DNA of 64,000 nt from positions 573,122 through 637,121 of the forward strand of contig CAVXPT010000005.1 in assembly GCA_963763665.1 (NCBI GenBank). The letters are read 5' to 3'. The DNA comes from an uncultured Acidobacteriaceae bacterium (GTDB taxonomy: Bacteria > Acidobacteriota > Terriglobia > Terriglobales > Acidobacteriaceae). The position numbers were made by a program, and so were the translations under genes. The notes beneath the pieces are model-generated. The model ran no database searches. It was not told where the DNA came from and worked only from the letters and a program-made list of their open reading frames with translations. Of this stretch, positions 30,401 to 39,280 are shown piece after piece. Position 1 is the stretch's first letter; every line of letters begins with the position of its first letter.

Positions 30401-31161
30401 GAAGCTTGACCGTATTCAGGGCCATACGAGTTGCGAATCATCTTGAATTCAGCAATGGTGTCGACTGACGGATAGACGAGGATGGTCCGACCCGATCCGA
30501 CGTCGTTGTTGTTGACGCCGTCGACCAGGAACAGGTTGTAGTTGTAAGGATTGCCATTGACGGAGAAATTGACGCCTCCCTTCAATCCTTTACCCACGAA
30601 GTCGGCTCCCTGGGCAGCGCTCACGCCGGGCGATAGCTGTGTAAGTCCCACGAAATTCCCGCCGTTCAGCGGCAGTTCCCGTACCTGCGTTCCGCTGATG
30701 ACCTCACCCACCACTGCGGATGTGGTCTGCACCTGCACCGTGTCGGCCTGGACCATCACCTTTTCGCTGACCGTGCCGACCTGCATGGTCACATTCACTT
30801 CTGCGTTCGTCGAGACGTGCACGTCGACGTTGCTGATAACCGCCTCTTTGAAAGCGGCGGCTTCAGCGTGTACGGCGTACGTCCCAATGGGTAGCTGCGG
30901 AATAGAGAAGGAGCCTGATCCACTTGTCGTCGTGGTGTAGTTGGCGTTTGTGCCAGAGTTGATCGCAGTAATTTTGACATTCGGGATCGCGGCTCCGCTG
31001 CTGTCGCTCACGTTCCCAACGATCGCGCCGTTATACGCCTGTGCGTGCGCGGCAGTTGTAAACAACGACGCCCCGGTCATCAGGGTGGATATGCCGATCA
31101 GCAGTCCCAGCCCGAAGCAGTGCTGGATTGCCGCACGATTGCGCAGAAATCTCCTTCTCAT
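27463..31161 (-). CDS. Giant (1,232-aa) TonB-dependent-receptor-like outer-membrane protein with an N-terminal carboxypeptidase-regulatory-like domain
   Basis: Signal peptide ..TTAAHAQA. Ig-like domain (IVGNVSDSSGAAIPNVKITAIN..GTYAVHAEAAAF). Plug-like block (VISGTQVRELPLNGGNF..). Long beta-rich barrel ending ..YTLRFSF. Confidence 0.8.
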   Translation of the reverse strand: MRRRFLRNRAAIQHCFGLGLLIGISTLMTGASLFTTAAHAQAYNGAIVGNVSDSSGAAIPNVKITAINSGTNANYTTTTSGSGSFSIPQLPIGTYAVHAEAAAFKEAVISNVDVHVSTNAEVNVTMQVGTVSEKVMVQADTVQVQTTSAVVGEVISGTQVRELPLNGGNFVGLTQLSPGVSAAQGADFVGKGLKGGVNFSVNGNPYNYNLFLVDGVNNNDVGSGRTILVYPSVDTIAEFKMIRNSYGPEYGQASGAIISITTKSGTNQLHGGFFYAGRNDALNANNWFANHNHLGKAEERRHDYGYNLSGPIMKDKLFLWWNQEWNKEIQGVPLAACVPTTAEASGDFSGYAPGAATDQCGATLPTLPGNTTPGGKIANPDPAGLLIAQFYPAPNLGSLNNGNNYSQLISNHLNWSEWNVRGDYDLTKSNRLTLRWTQDSWDNPAQNDGSAFWGESNFPTINSSWSQPSKSVVARLSSTISNSIVNDVEFGYGHNAIITTLQGTHAANVPKLQAAYPATFPSSIKQKGEFFGGWGGLNPYGYINGTTGAGQTSMWNIAPYGNHEDLYTVQDNLSKVQGNHLLKAGVFLSWNEKVENNGNGNDRPGLPSGIYTGPGSLGAISANAQTNNPLANILLPGTASNPQMFSSVSENSIDGVADVHWKDIEPYIGDSWKIRRNLTVDFGFRWSLYREPYAGTSGGNTDPAHNGGGTFANQWANFSMKAWNPALAAANPSDACNGTLIVHGTTPCATQRAFLASVGVNLPLSNGTPGSNAALVEQNNHSIAPRLGIAWDVFGNGKTALRAGAGQFFQREPVGIAEGLARTAPFVIGVNTNRSLATPTPLTSASVSPNATKTTGGFIPNSWQWNVSLEQEVARNTTLQVGYVGNVGVHLTSMYDANFVQPGNWLSAAFANGGTVFNAYRPAFNFGTIGGFARGGHASYNSLQVLFRAQTGSFSSFQAAYTWSHSLANVELDNSSGSLNQQAITNQANPGLDKGNTDINRPNIFVANEVLFLPKFSGQNHLVQQSVGGWEVNSIVQLAEGSSFTVLSSGASGATVNGVKSTLNSLVGTGYTNNQRPLVTSVGCNVGRKGPDILNFSHFTLQGYALGTFPSNLASRGSCFGAPNTNVDAQLAKNWTIKEKYRIKFSMDFFDLFNHPNFNSSNLENSGFTSSAPLYCGGATATSGQPCSPTNNIVTGSATSDGSIGTPKGFGSAGSQNLNLGRNLQYTLRFSF

Positions 31162-31331
31162 ACGTCCTTACCCCCTAAACGTCGCAGCCAATCTGCAAAC
31201 TTCTCGCTTGTTATCGTTATCCGCCCGGTCTCGACGGCCCCGGGTTGGAGCCAGAACTCAGTCTTTCGATGGGTAGTCCTACGGCGCCTTGGATAATTAG
31301 TGACAGCAGGGGCGACTGTCAACACAATAAT

Positions 31332-31353
31332 GTTATTCTTTGCGAAGAATAAC
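31332..31353. promoter_or_regulatory. Perfect 9-bp inverted repeat GTTATTCTT-tgcg-AAGAATAAC in an AT-rich divergent promoter; candidate operator
   Basis: Read directly from the sequence. It lies between the giant TBDR start (31161, minus) and the LacI start (31622, plus). Confidence 0.45.
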
Positions 31354-31621
31354 GTGATTCTTGGCAAAACATCTCCCGCTTTAGGGGCTGCCTTGGTGCC
31401 GCCAATCTACACAAAAGCGGGACGGTTATCGTTAACGCGCCGGGTCGGGTAAAGTCTTAACAGTTCCCTGAATGCTCAGTCTGCGATTGCACAGTACCCA
31501 TCCCATACATGAGTCTAAGTAATCGATTAAGCCCCAGCAGTCTTTTCCCCCGAGAACGAACACCGCTATCGTCACAAGGAGCCGGCTCGCGCGGATGATT
31601 CTGCCCGAGCCACCAAATCGG

Positions 31622-32659
31622 ATGCCAAAGCGAACATCGGACACAAAAGAACGCCGAGTCACGCTGAAGGTCCTTGCCGAGCGCTTGCACCTCACCGCAG
31701 GTACGATTTCAGCAGCTCTGAACGATTCGGCAGCGGCACGCGCCATTCCAGAGCACACGAAGCGCCGGATTCTGGAGGTCGCGCGGGAGCTTAACTACAA
31801 GCCGAATTACTTCGCGCGCTCTCTGCGCCTGCAGCGTACCTATACCATCGGCGTGATTGCGCAGCAGATCGGGGACCCTTATGGAGCCGCAATCATCAGC
31901 GGTATTGAAGAGTATCTTCGGAACACAGAATACTTTTTCCTGACCGTGATCCATCGTCACGATCAACGAGTCTTGCAGACTTACTCGCAAATGTTATTGG
32001 CGCGTGGCGTCGAAGGATTTATTACAGTCGACACATCCATCAAAGAAAAGCCCGCGCTTCCCACCGTGGCAGTGGCCGGCCATCGGCACGTGCCCGGCGT
32101 GACGAACATCACCATCGATCACAAGGTCGCGGCACGCCTGGCACTTACTCACCTGCTGGAGCATGGACATCGAGATATTGCATTTCTAAAGGGACAGAAG
32201 GACAGTTCGGACTCGAAGACACGGTGGATCGCGATTTGCCACGTAGCGAAGGAACTGGGAGTGCGCGTACGGCCGGAACTGACGGTGCAGATCGAAACCG
32301 ATCTCGCAACCCCCGAGTTGGGCTATCCTGCCACGAAGCAACTGCTGGCACGGAAGCAACGCTTCACCGCACTCTTTGCGTACAACGACATCTCTGCGAT
32401 CGGAGCCATCCAGGCATTTCAGGAGGCCGGATTGCGCGTACCAGAGGATGTTTCCGTGGTTGGTTTCGATGACATACCGCTGGCGGTCATATTCAAACCT
32501 GAGCTTACAACGGTCTGTCAGCCCTTGCGACGTATGGGCCAGATCGCAGCCAAGACGATCATCGATCAAATCGAAAAGACTGCCGAGTACGAACCTGAGA
32601 TCATGGTTGAGCCGGAACTCATTCAACGTGCCTCCTCCGGTCGCGTGAAGACAAAATGA
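31622..32659 (+). CDS. LacI-family transcriptional regulator
   Basis: HTH block VTLKVLAERLHLTAGTISAALN, followed by a periplasmic-binding-protein-like sugar-binding fold (VVGFDDIPLAV). ATG 31622 is preferred over 31595. Confidence 0.9.
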   Translation: MPKRTSDTKERRVTLKVLAERLHLTAGTISAALNDSAAARAIPEHTKRRILEVARELNYKPNYFARSLRLQRTYTIGVIAQQIGDPYGAAIISGIEEYLRNTEYFFLTVIHRHDQRVLQTYSQMLLARGVEGFITVDTSIKEKPALPTVAVAGHRHVPGVTNITIDHKVAARLALTHLLEHGHRDIAFLKGQKDSSDSKTRWIAICHVAKELGVRVRPELTVQIETDLATPELGYPATKQLLARKQRFTALFAYNDISAIGAIQAFQEAGLRVPEDVSVVGFDDIPLAVIFKPELTTVCQPLRRMGQIAAKTIIDQIEKTAEYEPEIMVEPELIQRASSGRVKTK

Positions 32660-32748
32660 CACGCCGCACTGCTGCCGTTGGGGAGGAAACTCGACGCGGG
32701 ACAATGCGGTCGGAACATGACCGCGTGAGTCCCATTCAAGGCTCTTGA

Positions 32749-33891
32749 ATGCAGCATCGGCTCTTCCGAACAGCGATCGTCCTCGGCGTGGTCTTGCAGG
32801 GGTCCGCACTATTCGGGCAGTTATCTACACATGACCACTTGGCGGACCCGAGTTTTTGGCCTACGCAGGAAGCCAGATCACGGACCGAGTTTGTAGGACC
32901 TCATGCGTGTGCAGGCTGCCATCTGACAAAAGTCACCTCCGCAAAGCTGACGCCGATGGGGAGCGGTGCAACGTCGGCAGTGTCCGCAGCGATTCTTCTA
33001 TCGCATCCGCACTTGACCTTTGACGCAAAGCAGTACCACTACGCGATTGACACCGATAAGGGTGCCAGCCGGTATACCGTGACGGATGGACAGCACGCGC
33101 TCTCTTACAATCTGACCTGGGCATTCGGCACGGCACGCGTTGGTCAATCGTATCTGTTCAAGAATGGCGAGCAGTTCTACGAAGCCAGAGTGACCTATTT
33201 CGATCGCTTGAAGAGTCTCGGATTCACTCCAGACCGGGATCTGACTTCGCCGAAGGACGTTCCGGAGGCGATGTACCGTCCAGTGGCAAGCGCGGAACTA
33301 CAGAGTTGTTTTGGTTGCCACACGACCGCGTCCAATATTGATGGCAGATTCGACGAAGAACATCTGATTCCAGGGGTGACGTGTGAAGCGTGCCACGGAC
33401 CCGGAGCGAAGCATGTGGCAGAGATGAACTCGTCTTCGAAGATTCCAAATGCTAAAAATGCGTCCATCTTCAATTCGGCGCACCTCAATCCGGTCGATGC
33501 TGTTGAGTTCTGTGGCGCTTGCCATGGTTCTTGGTGGGATGTGAAGCTAGCTGGCGTGAGGGGCGTGTCCACGACGAGATCCGCGCCCTATCGATTAGTA
33601 ACGAGCAAATGCTGGGGCAGAGGGGACGCGCGGCTGGAGTGCACAGCGTGCCACGACCCGCACGTGCCGTTGCAGACAGAGCCTGCAGCATATGACAACG
33701 CGTGTCTAAGTTGCCACGTCAATGCCCAGGGCATGAAGCCCAATGCAAGTCATCCCGGACGTACGTGTGCGGTAGCAGCGAAGAATTGCACATCCTGCCA
33801 CATGCCGAAGGTTTACGTGCCGGAGATGCACGACGCCTTCACCGACCATCGCATTCGCATCGTCAGAGTTGGCGAGCCCTTTCCTGAGTAG
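32749..33891 (+). CDS. Secreted multihaem c-type cytochrome (7 CxxCH motifs)
   Basis: Signal peptide ..SALFGQ. Haem motifs CAGCH, CFGCH, CEACH, CGACH, CTACH, CLSCH, CTSCH, counted in the translation. Confidence 0.85.
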   Translation: MQHRLFRTAIVLGVVLQGSALFGQLSTHDHLADPSFWPTQEARSRTEFVGPHACAGCHLTKVTSAKLTPMGSGATSAVSAAILLSHPHLTFDAKQYHYAIDTDKGASRYTVTDGQHALSYNLTWAFGTARVGQSYLFKNGEQFYEARVTYFDRLKSLGFTPDRDLTSPKDVPEAMYRPVASAELQSCFGCHTTASNIDGRFDEEHLIPGVTCEACHGPGAKHVAEMNSSSKIPNAKNASIFNSAHLNPVDAVEFCGACHGSWWDVKLAGVRGVSTTRSAPYRLVTSKCWGRGDARLECTACHDPHVPLQTEPAAYDNACLSCHVNAQGMKPNASHPGRTCAVAAKNCTSCHMPKVYVPEMHDAFTDHRIRIVRVGEPFPE

Positions 33892-33896
33892 TTGCT

Positions 33897-35615
33897 CTAG
33901 CTCCACTTCCCTGTGCCCTCAACGAGGGTGATGTAGCGATCGATCGGCAAATCGATAAATCGTTCCGTTGCACCGCTCGGCCGCGGCCACTTCACCTCAA
34001 GCCAGTCCAGCCTGGGCCGCTTGCCGATCCCCAGCACCAGGCGAGGGTCATGCGACGAGAGAAAGCTTCCGCCGCCCACTTTCGTACGGCTCCGCTTCAA
34101 ATCGCCCGCCTGATAGCTGACGCGCGCACCAACCGCATCGCGATTGCACTTGCTCCCAATCAGCCGAATACCCAGCCAGTGGTTGAAGTGTCCGGCATTG
34201 TTGCGCAACAGCAGCGGCGCTGCGTCGTTGTTGCTAGTCAATATGTCCACTCCGCCATCGTTGTTGAAGTCCCCGATAGCAAGACCCCGCGCAGCAAATG
34301 TCTTGTCAAATACAGGGCCACTCTGCGCGCTCACATTGCGAAAGGCTTTGCCGTCGCCATGAAAGAGCAGAAGCGGCTCCTGCCATGTGACCGTCGCAGA
34401 AGTCCGGTCGATCAGGTCGTCTGGAAATCCATTTGAAAGAATCAGATCAAGATCACCATCGTTGTCATAATCAAAAAACTTGAGCCCCCAGCCACTCAGC
34501 CAGCGTGTCGACATGCCAATGCCGGCGGCCATCGATACATCTTCAAAGCTACCGTCGCGCTGGTTCCGGTAGAGTGCGAATATCTCCTCGTCGATGTTCG
34601 CGACGAACAGGTCCATCCATCCATCATTGTCATAGTCGGCGGAATCCACACCCATGCCGGAGCGAGCGCGGCCGTCTGCGCTGTAGGCTACATCCGCCTC
34701 GAAGCCCACTTCTTCAAACCGGCCACCACGATTCAAATACAGGAAATTTGGAACCGTATCGTTGGATACGAATAGGTCTATATTGCCGTCGTTGTTGATG
34801 TCGGTCGCGACGACGCCCCATGCCTTGCCCAGCTGCGCGGCAATCCCGGCCTCTTTGCTTACATCGGTGAAAGTGCCATCGCCGTTGTTGTGAAAAAGCC
34901 AACTTGGCCGCGGCTTGAAGATGCGCGGGATGCAGTAATGACGCACCCCGGCCGCGTCTGTACCGCAGCCCAGAGCGGCATCGAACTCCGCGAACTGACC
35001 GACGAAAAGGTCGAGCCTGCCATCGTTGTCGTAGTCGAACCATACGGCGCTCGAACTCCAACCGGAAGCGGCAACGCCCGCTTTGGCAGTCACGTCGGAA
35101 AATGTTCCATCGCCGTTGTTGTGATAGAGAATGTTGTGCCCAAACTGGGTCACGTAGATGTCCGGAAAGCCATCGCCATCGTAGTCGCCAACGGCAACGC
35201 CCATTCCATAACCGCCGCCGCCGACTCCGGCTTTTTCCGTCACGTCGGTGAAGGTGCCATCGCGATTGTTGCGATAGAGCGCGTTGCGCAGTGGGCTGGG
35301 CGGATCATAGAACTCCGCTTTACCGCTGTTCACCAGATAGATGTCCATCCATCCGTCATTGTCGTAGTCGAGGAATGCACAGCCGGCGCCGCTGGTTTCC
35401 GGCAGATGTTTTGCAGCAGATTTTCCGGCAGTATGTGTCCACGTGATGCCACTCCGCGAAGAAGATATTTCTTCAAATGCAGGGAGCGCCGGCGAGTCTT
35501 GCCCAAGGAGAAATGGATAGGGCGCGAGCCTCGACGTGCCAGCCAGAATTCCCAGGTTACGGAGGAGCCGGCGGCGCGAGAGGTGCATCCCAGGCCTGGT
35601 GGTCTGCTGCTTCAT
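33897..35615 (-). CDS. CRTAC1-family protein (FG-GAP/VCBS plus ASPIC/UnbV) with a twin-arginine signal
   Basis: Tat-like N-terminus [21 protein letters not shown] units ([64 protein letters not shown]). UnbV block ([18 protein letters not shown]). Confidence 0.85.
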   Translation of the reverse strand: MKQQTTRPGMHLSRRRLLRNLGILAGTSRLAPYPFLLGQDSPALPAFEEISSSRSGITWTHTAGKSAAKHLPETSGAGCAFLDYDNDGWMDIYLVNSGKAEFYDPPSPLRNALYRNNRDGTFTDVTEKAGVGGGGYGMGVAVGDYDGDGFPDIYVTQFGHNILYHNNGDGTFSDVTAKAGVAASGWSSSAVWFDYDNDGRLDLFVGQFAEFDAALGCGTDAAGVRHYCIPRIFKPRPSWLFHNNGDGTFTDVSKEAGIAAQLGKAWGVVATDINNDGNIDLFVSNDTVPNFLYLNRGGRFEEVGFEADVAYSADGRARSGMGVDSADYDNDGWMDLFVANIDEEIFALYRNQRDGSFEDVSMAAGIGMSTRWLSGWGLKFFDYDNDGDLDLILSNGFPDDLIDRTSATVTWQEPLLLFHGDGKAFRNVSAQSGPVFDKTFAARGLAIGDFNNDGGVDILTSNNDAAPLLLRNNAGHFNHWLGIRLIGSKCNRDAVGARVSYQAGDLKRSRTKVGGGSFLSSHDPRLVLGIGKRPRLDWLEVKWPRPSGATERFIDLPIDRYITLVEGTGKWS

Positions 35616-35659
35616 TCGGTTGGCGATGTCCTGTTGGGCAACGCTAAACTAACAGGCAA

Positions 35660-37711
35660 ATGCGCTGTCTGTCGATCACGTCTCTGCGGAAGTTCCAACT
35701 AACATGGCCGGCCCTTCTCGCGCTGGCTGCGTCAGGATTTGTTCCTATAGCGCTCTCCGCGCAGACGCCGACAGGCGGTCAAGCGACCGCAGACGCGAGC
35801 TTTGAGCAGTTGAGACTTGCCGCTGACTCAGAAGTCCAAAACGGGGAGAACGCCAATGCGATCCGCGATACTCAACGCGCTCTGCAGATCCAGCCGGATT
35901 GGAAAGAAGGCTGGTGGACCCTGGGCACGCTGCAATACGAGGCAAATCAGTACGCTGATGCTGCGCAAGCCTTCCAAAAGGTTGTCACATATGCTCCACG
36001 GCTGGGAACAGCATGGGCGCTCCTGGGGTTGTGTGAGTTTGAGCTCAAGCAGTACGCCGCATCCTTGTCTCATCTGGAAAGGGGGCAAACACTTGGACTC
36101 GGCGATGACGTCGAGATCGCGCGCGTGGCGAGCTATCACCTCGCGCTTCTGCTGCTTCGCGAGGGACATTTCGAGCGCGGCGCGGAACTGCTGCGCTCTA
36201 CCTTCGGAAGCGGGCCGCCTTCATCGCAGGTCCAATTCGCTCTCGGGCTGGCATTACTTCGTGTCCCGCTGCTGCCGGATGAGATTGACCCGTCTCACGA
36301 TGCACTGATGCGAGCTGCCGGCAACCTGGCGTCAAGCAGCTCGGATTCGCTCCAGCGCTTTCCGGAGTTCATGGAAAGCCATCCTGCGACGCCCTTTGTT
36401 CACTATGCATATGGTCTTCGACTGAGGAAAGCTGGCCGTTGGAATGAGGCGCTCGCACAACAACGGGCGGAAGCAAAGATATCTCCATGGAGTCCGCTGC
36501 CCTGGAACGAAATCAGCGCATTGCAGATGAAGCTGAATCACCAAGCCGAAGCGGCCTCGGCCGCGCAAAGAGCGAAAACACTCGAGCCGGGTACTTCTTC
36601 GCCTCACTCGGAGAAGAGCCTTCGCGATCCTCGGATGATTTCTCTCTATGAAAACTCCAGCAGATCGATCGGTAATGCAAGCGAGCAGCCTGTCGGTACC
36701 GAAGAGCGAACACTTGCGATGCAGGACTACTCGGCTGGTCACTACTCCGACACCGTCTCGCGACTGAAGTCCTGGCTCAACGCGAACCCCGCTGATGGAA
36801 CAAGCTGGGCGGTACTGGGGTTGAGCGAATTCGGACTGAAGGACTATGACAACGCGCAAATTCACCTGGAACGAAGCGAACAGCTTGGACTGAACGGCAG
36901 CGTTGACGCCGTACGCCATGCGAAATATAGCCTCGGCATTCTGTTGATTCGCTCCGGAGATTTCGACCACGCCTCCAAGGTGTTATCGTCCGCAGCCGGA
37001 GCCGGCACTCTGCAATCAGAGGTGCGATTCGCGTCAGGACTTGCACTGTTGCGTATCAGTAAGCTGCCTGGGGATGTCGAGCCGGAACAGCGCAAACTGG
37101 TGGATCGAGCCGGTGAGATCGCGCAGTTGCTCTTCACAAGCAGATATGACGAAGCAGACCCGAAGTTTGAAATGCTCTTGAAGCAATACCCACAGCTCCC
37201 CTTCCTTCATTACGCTTACGGAACAGCTCTGCTAGCCATCTCCCGATACAAGGACGCGCAGGCCCAGATGCAGGCCGAAATCGCGATCTCCCCCGGCAGC
37301 GAATTGCCATATGTTCGGCTCGCGTCGATCGCGTTGCGACAGCAACAACCCAGTGATGCAATCGAACCGGCTGAACATGCGATCAAATTGGCTGCGGGTT
37401 CGGCTGAAGCGCACTATCTGCTTGGCAGAGCAGCACTGGAAGTAGGCGATACCACCCGCTCCGTCCGTGAACTCCAGATCGCATGCAGCCTGGCTCCATC
37501 GAGTCCGGAGGTGCACTTCAACCTTGCGAAAGCCTATGGGAAGGCGGGGCAGACGCACCAGGCCCAGGAGGAACGCGCGCGGTTTACGGAATTGAATGCC
37601 GTCGCCGATGCGCGAAGACAAGAGGGCAATCAGACATATCAGGGGCCGCACGATACAGGTGAAATGTCGGTCTCTCAGCAGCCCGGCAGAAGTGCGGCTC
37701 CGCCAAACTGA
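35660..37711 (+). CDS. Secreted TPR protein, 683 aa, with an internal tandem duplication
   Basis: Signal-like N-terminus followed by TPR units. Two long segments align with each other: GTAWALLGLCEFELKQYAASLSHLERGQTLGL...HLALLLLREGHFERGAELL against GTSWAVLGLSEFGLKDYDNAQIHLERSEQLGL...SLGILLIRSGDFDHASKVL. Confidence 0.8.
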   Translation: MRCLSITSLRKFQLTWPALLALAASGFVPIALSAQTPTGGQATADASFEQLRLAADSEVQNGENANAIRDTQRALQIQPDWKEGWWTLGTLQYEANQYADAAQAFQKVVTYAPRLGTAWALLGLCEFELKQYAASLSHLERGQTLGLGDDVEIARVASYHLALLLLREGHFERGAELLRSTFGSGPPSSQVQFALGLALLRVPLLPDEIDPSHDALMRAAGNLASSSSDSLQRFPEFMESHPATPFVHYAYGLRLRKAGRWNEALAQQRAEAKISPWSPLPWNEISALQMKLNHQAEAASAAQRAKTLEPGTSSPHSEKSLRDPRMISLYENSSRSIGNASEQPVGTEERTLAMQDYSAGHYSDTVSRLKSWLNANPADGTSWAVLGLSEFGLKDYDNAQIHLERSEQLGLNGSVDAVRHAKYSLGILLIRSGDFDHASKVLSSAAGAGTLQSEVRFASGLALLRISKLPGDVEPEQRKLVDRAGEIAQLLFTSRYDEADPKFEMLLKQYPQLPFLHYAYGTALLAISRYKDAQAQMQAEIAISPGSELPYVRLASIALRQQQPSDAIEPAEHAIKLAAGSAEAHYLLGRAALEVGDTTRSVRELQIACSLAPSSPEVHFNLAKAYGKAGQTHQAQEERARFTELNAVADARRQEGNQTYQGPHDTGEMSVSQQPGRSAAPPN

Positions 37712-38173
37712 TTTTCTCTATCCCTTGGCGCGACCTTTGATTTGCTTCGCCAGCTTCTCGATCTGCTGCGCTTTCTTCACCACGCTTAAAGGGAACGTGG
37801 CCTTGATATTTGTGTGGTCAACTTCGTCCTGCAGCTCACCTCAGAGCTTGTAGCTGATGAACCAGTCCAACGATCTGCATTTGATTGATGTTGTTGGGAG
37901 TATCCTTGTCCGGGTGATGATCTCCGGGCTATCCATGCCCGCCGGAGCGTTCGAGTTACCCGGCGCATTGGGTGAGGGCCGGTACTGCGACGACTGCAGT
38001 GCTTCGCCCCTGGATCCAAGGAGATCTGTCAGTGTTACCGGCAACGCCCACAGCTCCCACAACGAGGATGGAACGGCGCGATCTGATCATCAATTCACCC
38101 ATGAGCCATCTTCAGGACAAACTTCCTGCACCCTGGAATCATCGACGACTTGAAGATGCTTCGCGCGCCATTT

Positions 38174-39232
38174 TTATTGCGACATGGCGAGCAGGGCCAT
38201 CGCGTTTCCGCGATACACGCGCTCAAGAACCGCATCCGGCAGCGCCAGACCATAGATCTGCCATCGTCCCTGACGAGACGCATGTGAGGGATAATCAAAA
38301 TATTCATCGCCGGTTTCGAAAAATCGATAATGGGCTCGATACATCGATTCCTCTGGCAGCAGGTCTGCACCAAAGAGAATGCGATCGGAGAATCGCAGAA
38401 AAAAGCGACGCGCGGTGAACGGTTGCCGGCCCAGTTCAGCCACACGCGCCGACATGTCGAGTTGAACATTGGGGTGCGCATCCAGCGTTGCCGCGAGTGA
38501 CGCCAGGTCCTCCGGTTGTTCGCCCATGTGAGCTGCAACGAACCGGGTCTTCGGGTGACGCGCGAAGACGCCGTTCCGCTGCGCGAGAAGCTCTTCCCTA
38601 CTGAACGCAGACCCATAGAAGCTCCAGTCTGGATGCGCCGAGAGCTCCTCGAAGCGTTCGTTGTGCGCATCGGTTGCCAGAAAAAATGCCGCCGGATCAG
38701 CTGTGTGGAACATGATGAAGACGCCTATTTCCGCGGCCCGTGCGAAGAGCGGGTCCAGCCGTGCATCATCGATACGCAGAAGCGAGCCATCGCGATCCTG
38801 AAGGCGCAGACCCAGGTCTTTCCATATCTTGATGCCGATTGCGCCCGCGGATACGCATTGCTCCAGTCGCCGAACGGATCGCTCAAAGAATCCGTCTTCC
38901 TGGAGATCGCGCCAATCCATCCATGCGATGGTGGAAAAGCGACGGGGCGACGCCGCGCGAAGCCGCGTAAGGCTGTCAATCCCATCGGTACCCGGCTTCA
39001 TCGTGATGTTCACCAGGTGCTCGATGCCACAAGCATCCATGATGCGCAGCACCTCCGCGGGCTCCATTCCATCGATGTGATTGTGGAAGTCGATCGCGGC
39101 GAACTTCGGACGCTGGATCGAATGTTCTGGCACGCGGAGCATCGATTGTGGCGCGAACTCGCTCAAGTTAAGCGTTACCTTGCTCTCAGCAGTCATCATC
39201 GAGACGAATGGATCGCGCTCATCGCCTGGCAT
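38174..39232 (-). CDS. Metal-dependent amidohydrolase-superfamily (TIM-barrel) protein
   Basis: HxH metal motif near the N-terminus (AAIDFHNHID), later His/Asp positions (IMFHTADP, ILFGADL), ~350 aa. Substrate unknown. Confidence 0.65.
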   Translation of the reverse strand: MPGDERDPFVSMMTAESKVTLNLSEFAPQSMLRVPEHSIQRPKFAAIDFHNHIDGMEPAEVLRIMDACGIEHLVNITMKPGTDGIDSLTRLRAASPRRFSTIAWMDWRDLQEDGFFERSVRRLEQCVSAGAIGIKIWKDLGLRLQDRDGSLLRIDDARLDPLFARAAEIGVFIMFHTADPAAFFLATDAHNERFEELSAHPDWSFYGSAFSREELLAQRNGVFARHPKTRFVAAHMGEQPEDLASLAATLDAHPNVQLDMSARVAELGRQPFTARRFFLRFSDRILFGADLLPEESMYRAHYRFFETGDEYFDYPSHASRQGRWQIYGLALPDAVLERVYRGNAMALLAMSQ

Positions 39233-39280
39233 GTTGGCTCCAATCCTTGCGTGTCATAAGTGGGTCAAACGCGGCCAAAC

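Noticed and set aside
37841-37843. In-frame TGA as a selenocysteine codon
   Set aside because: No stem-loop lies at the usual bacterial SECIS distance downstream. There is no Cys/Sec redox motif context, and no sel genes occur in the window. I kept it only as a pseudogene or small-ORF observation.
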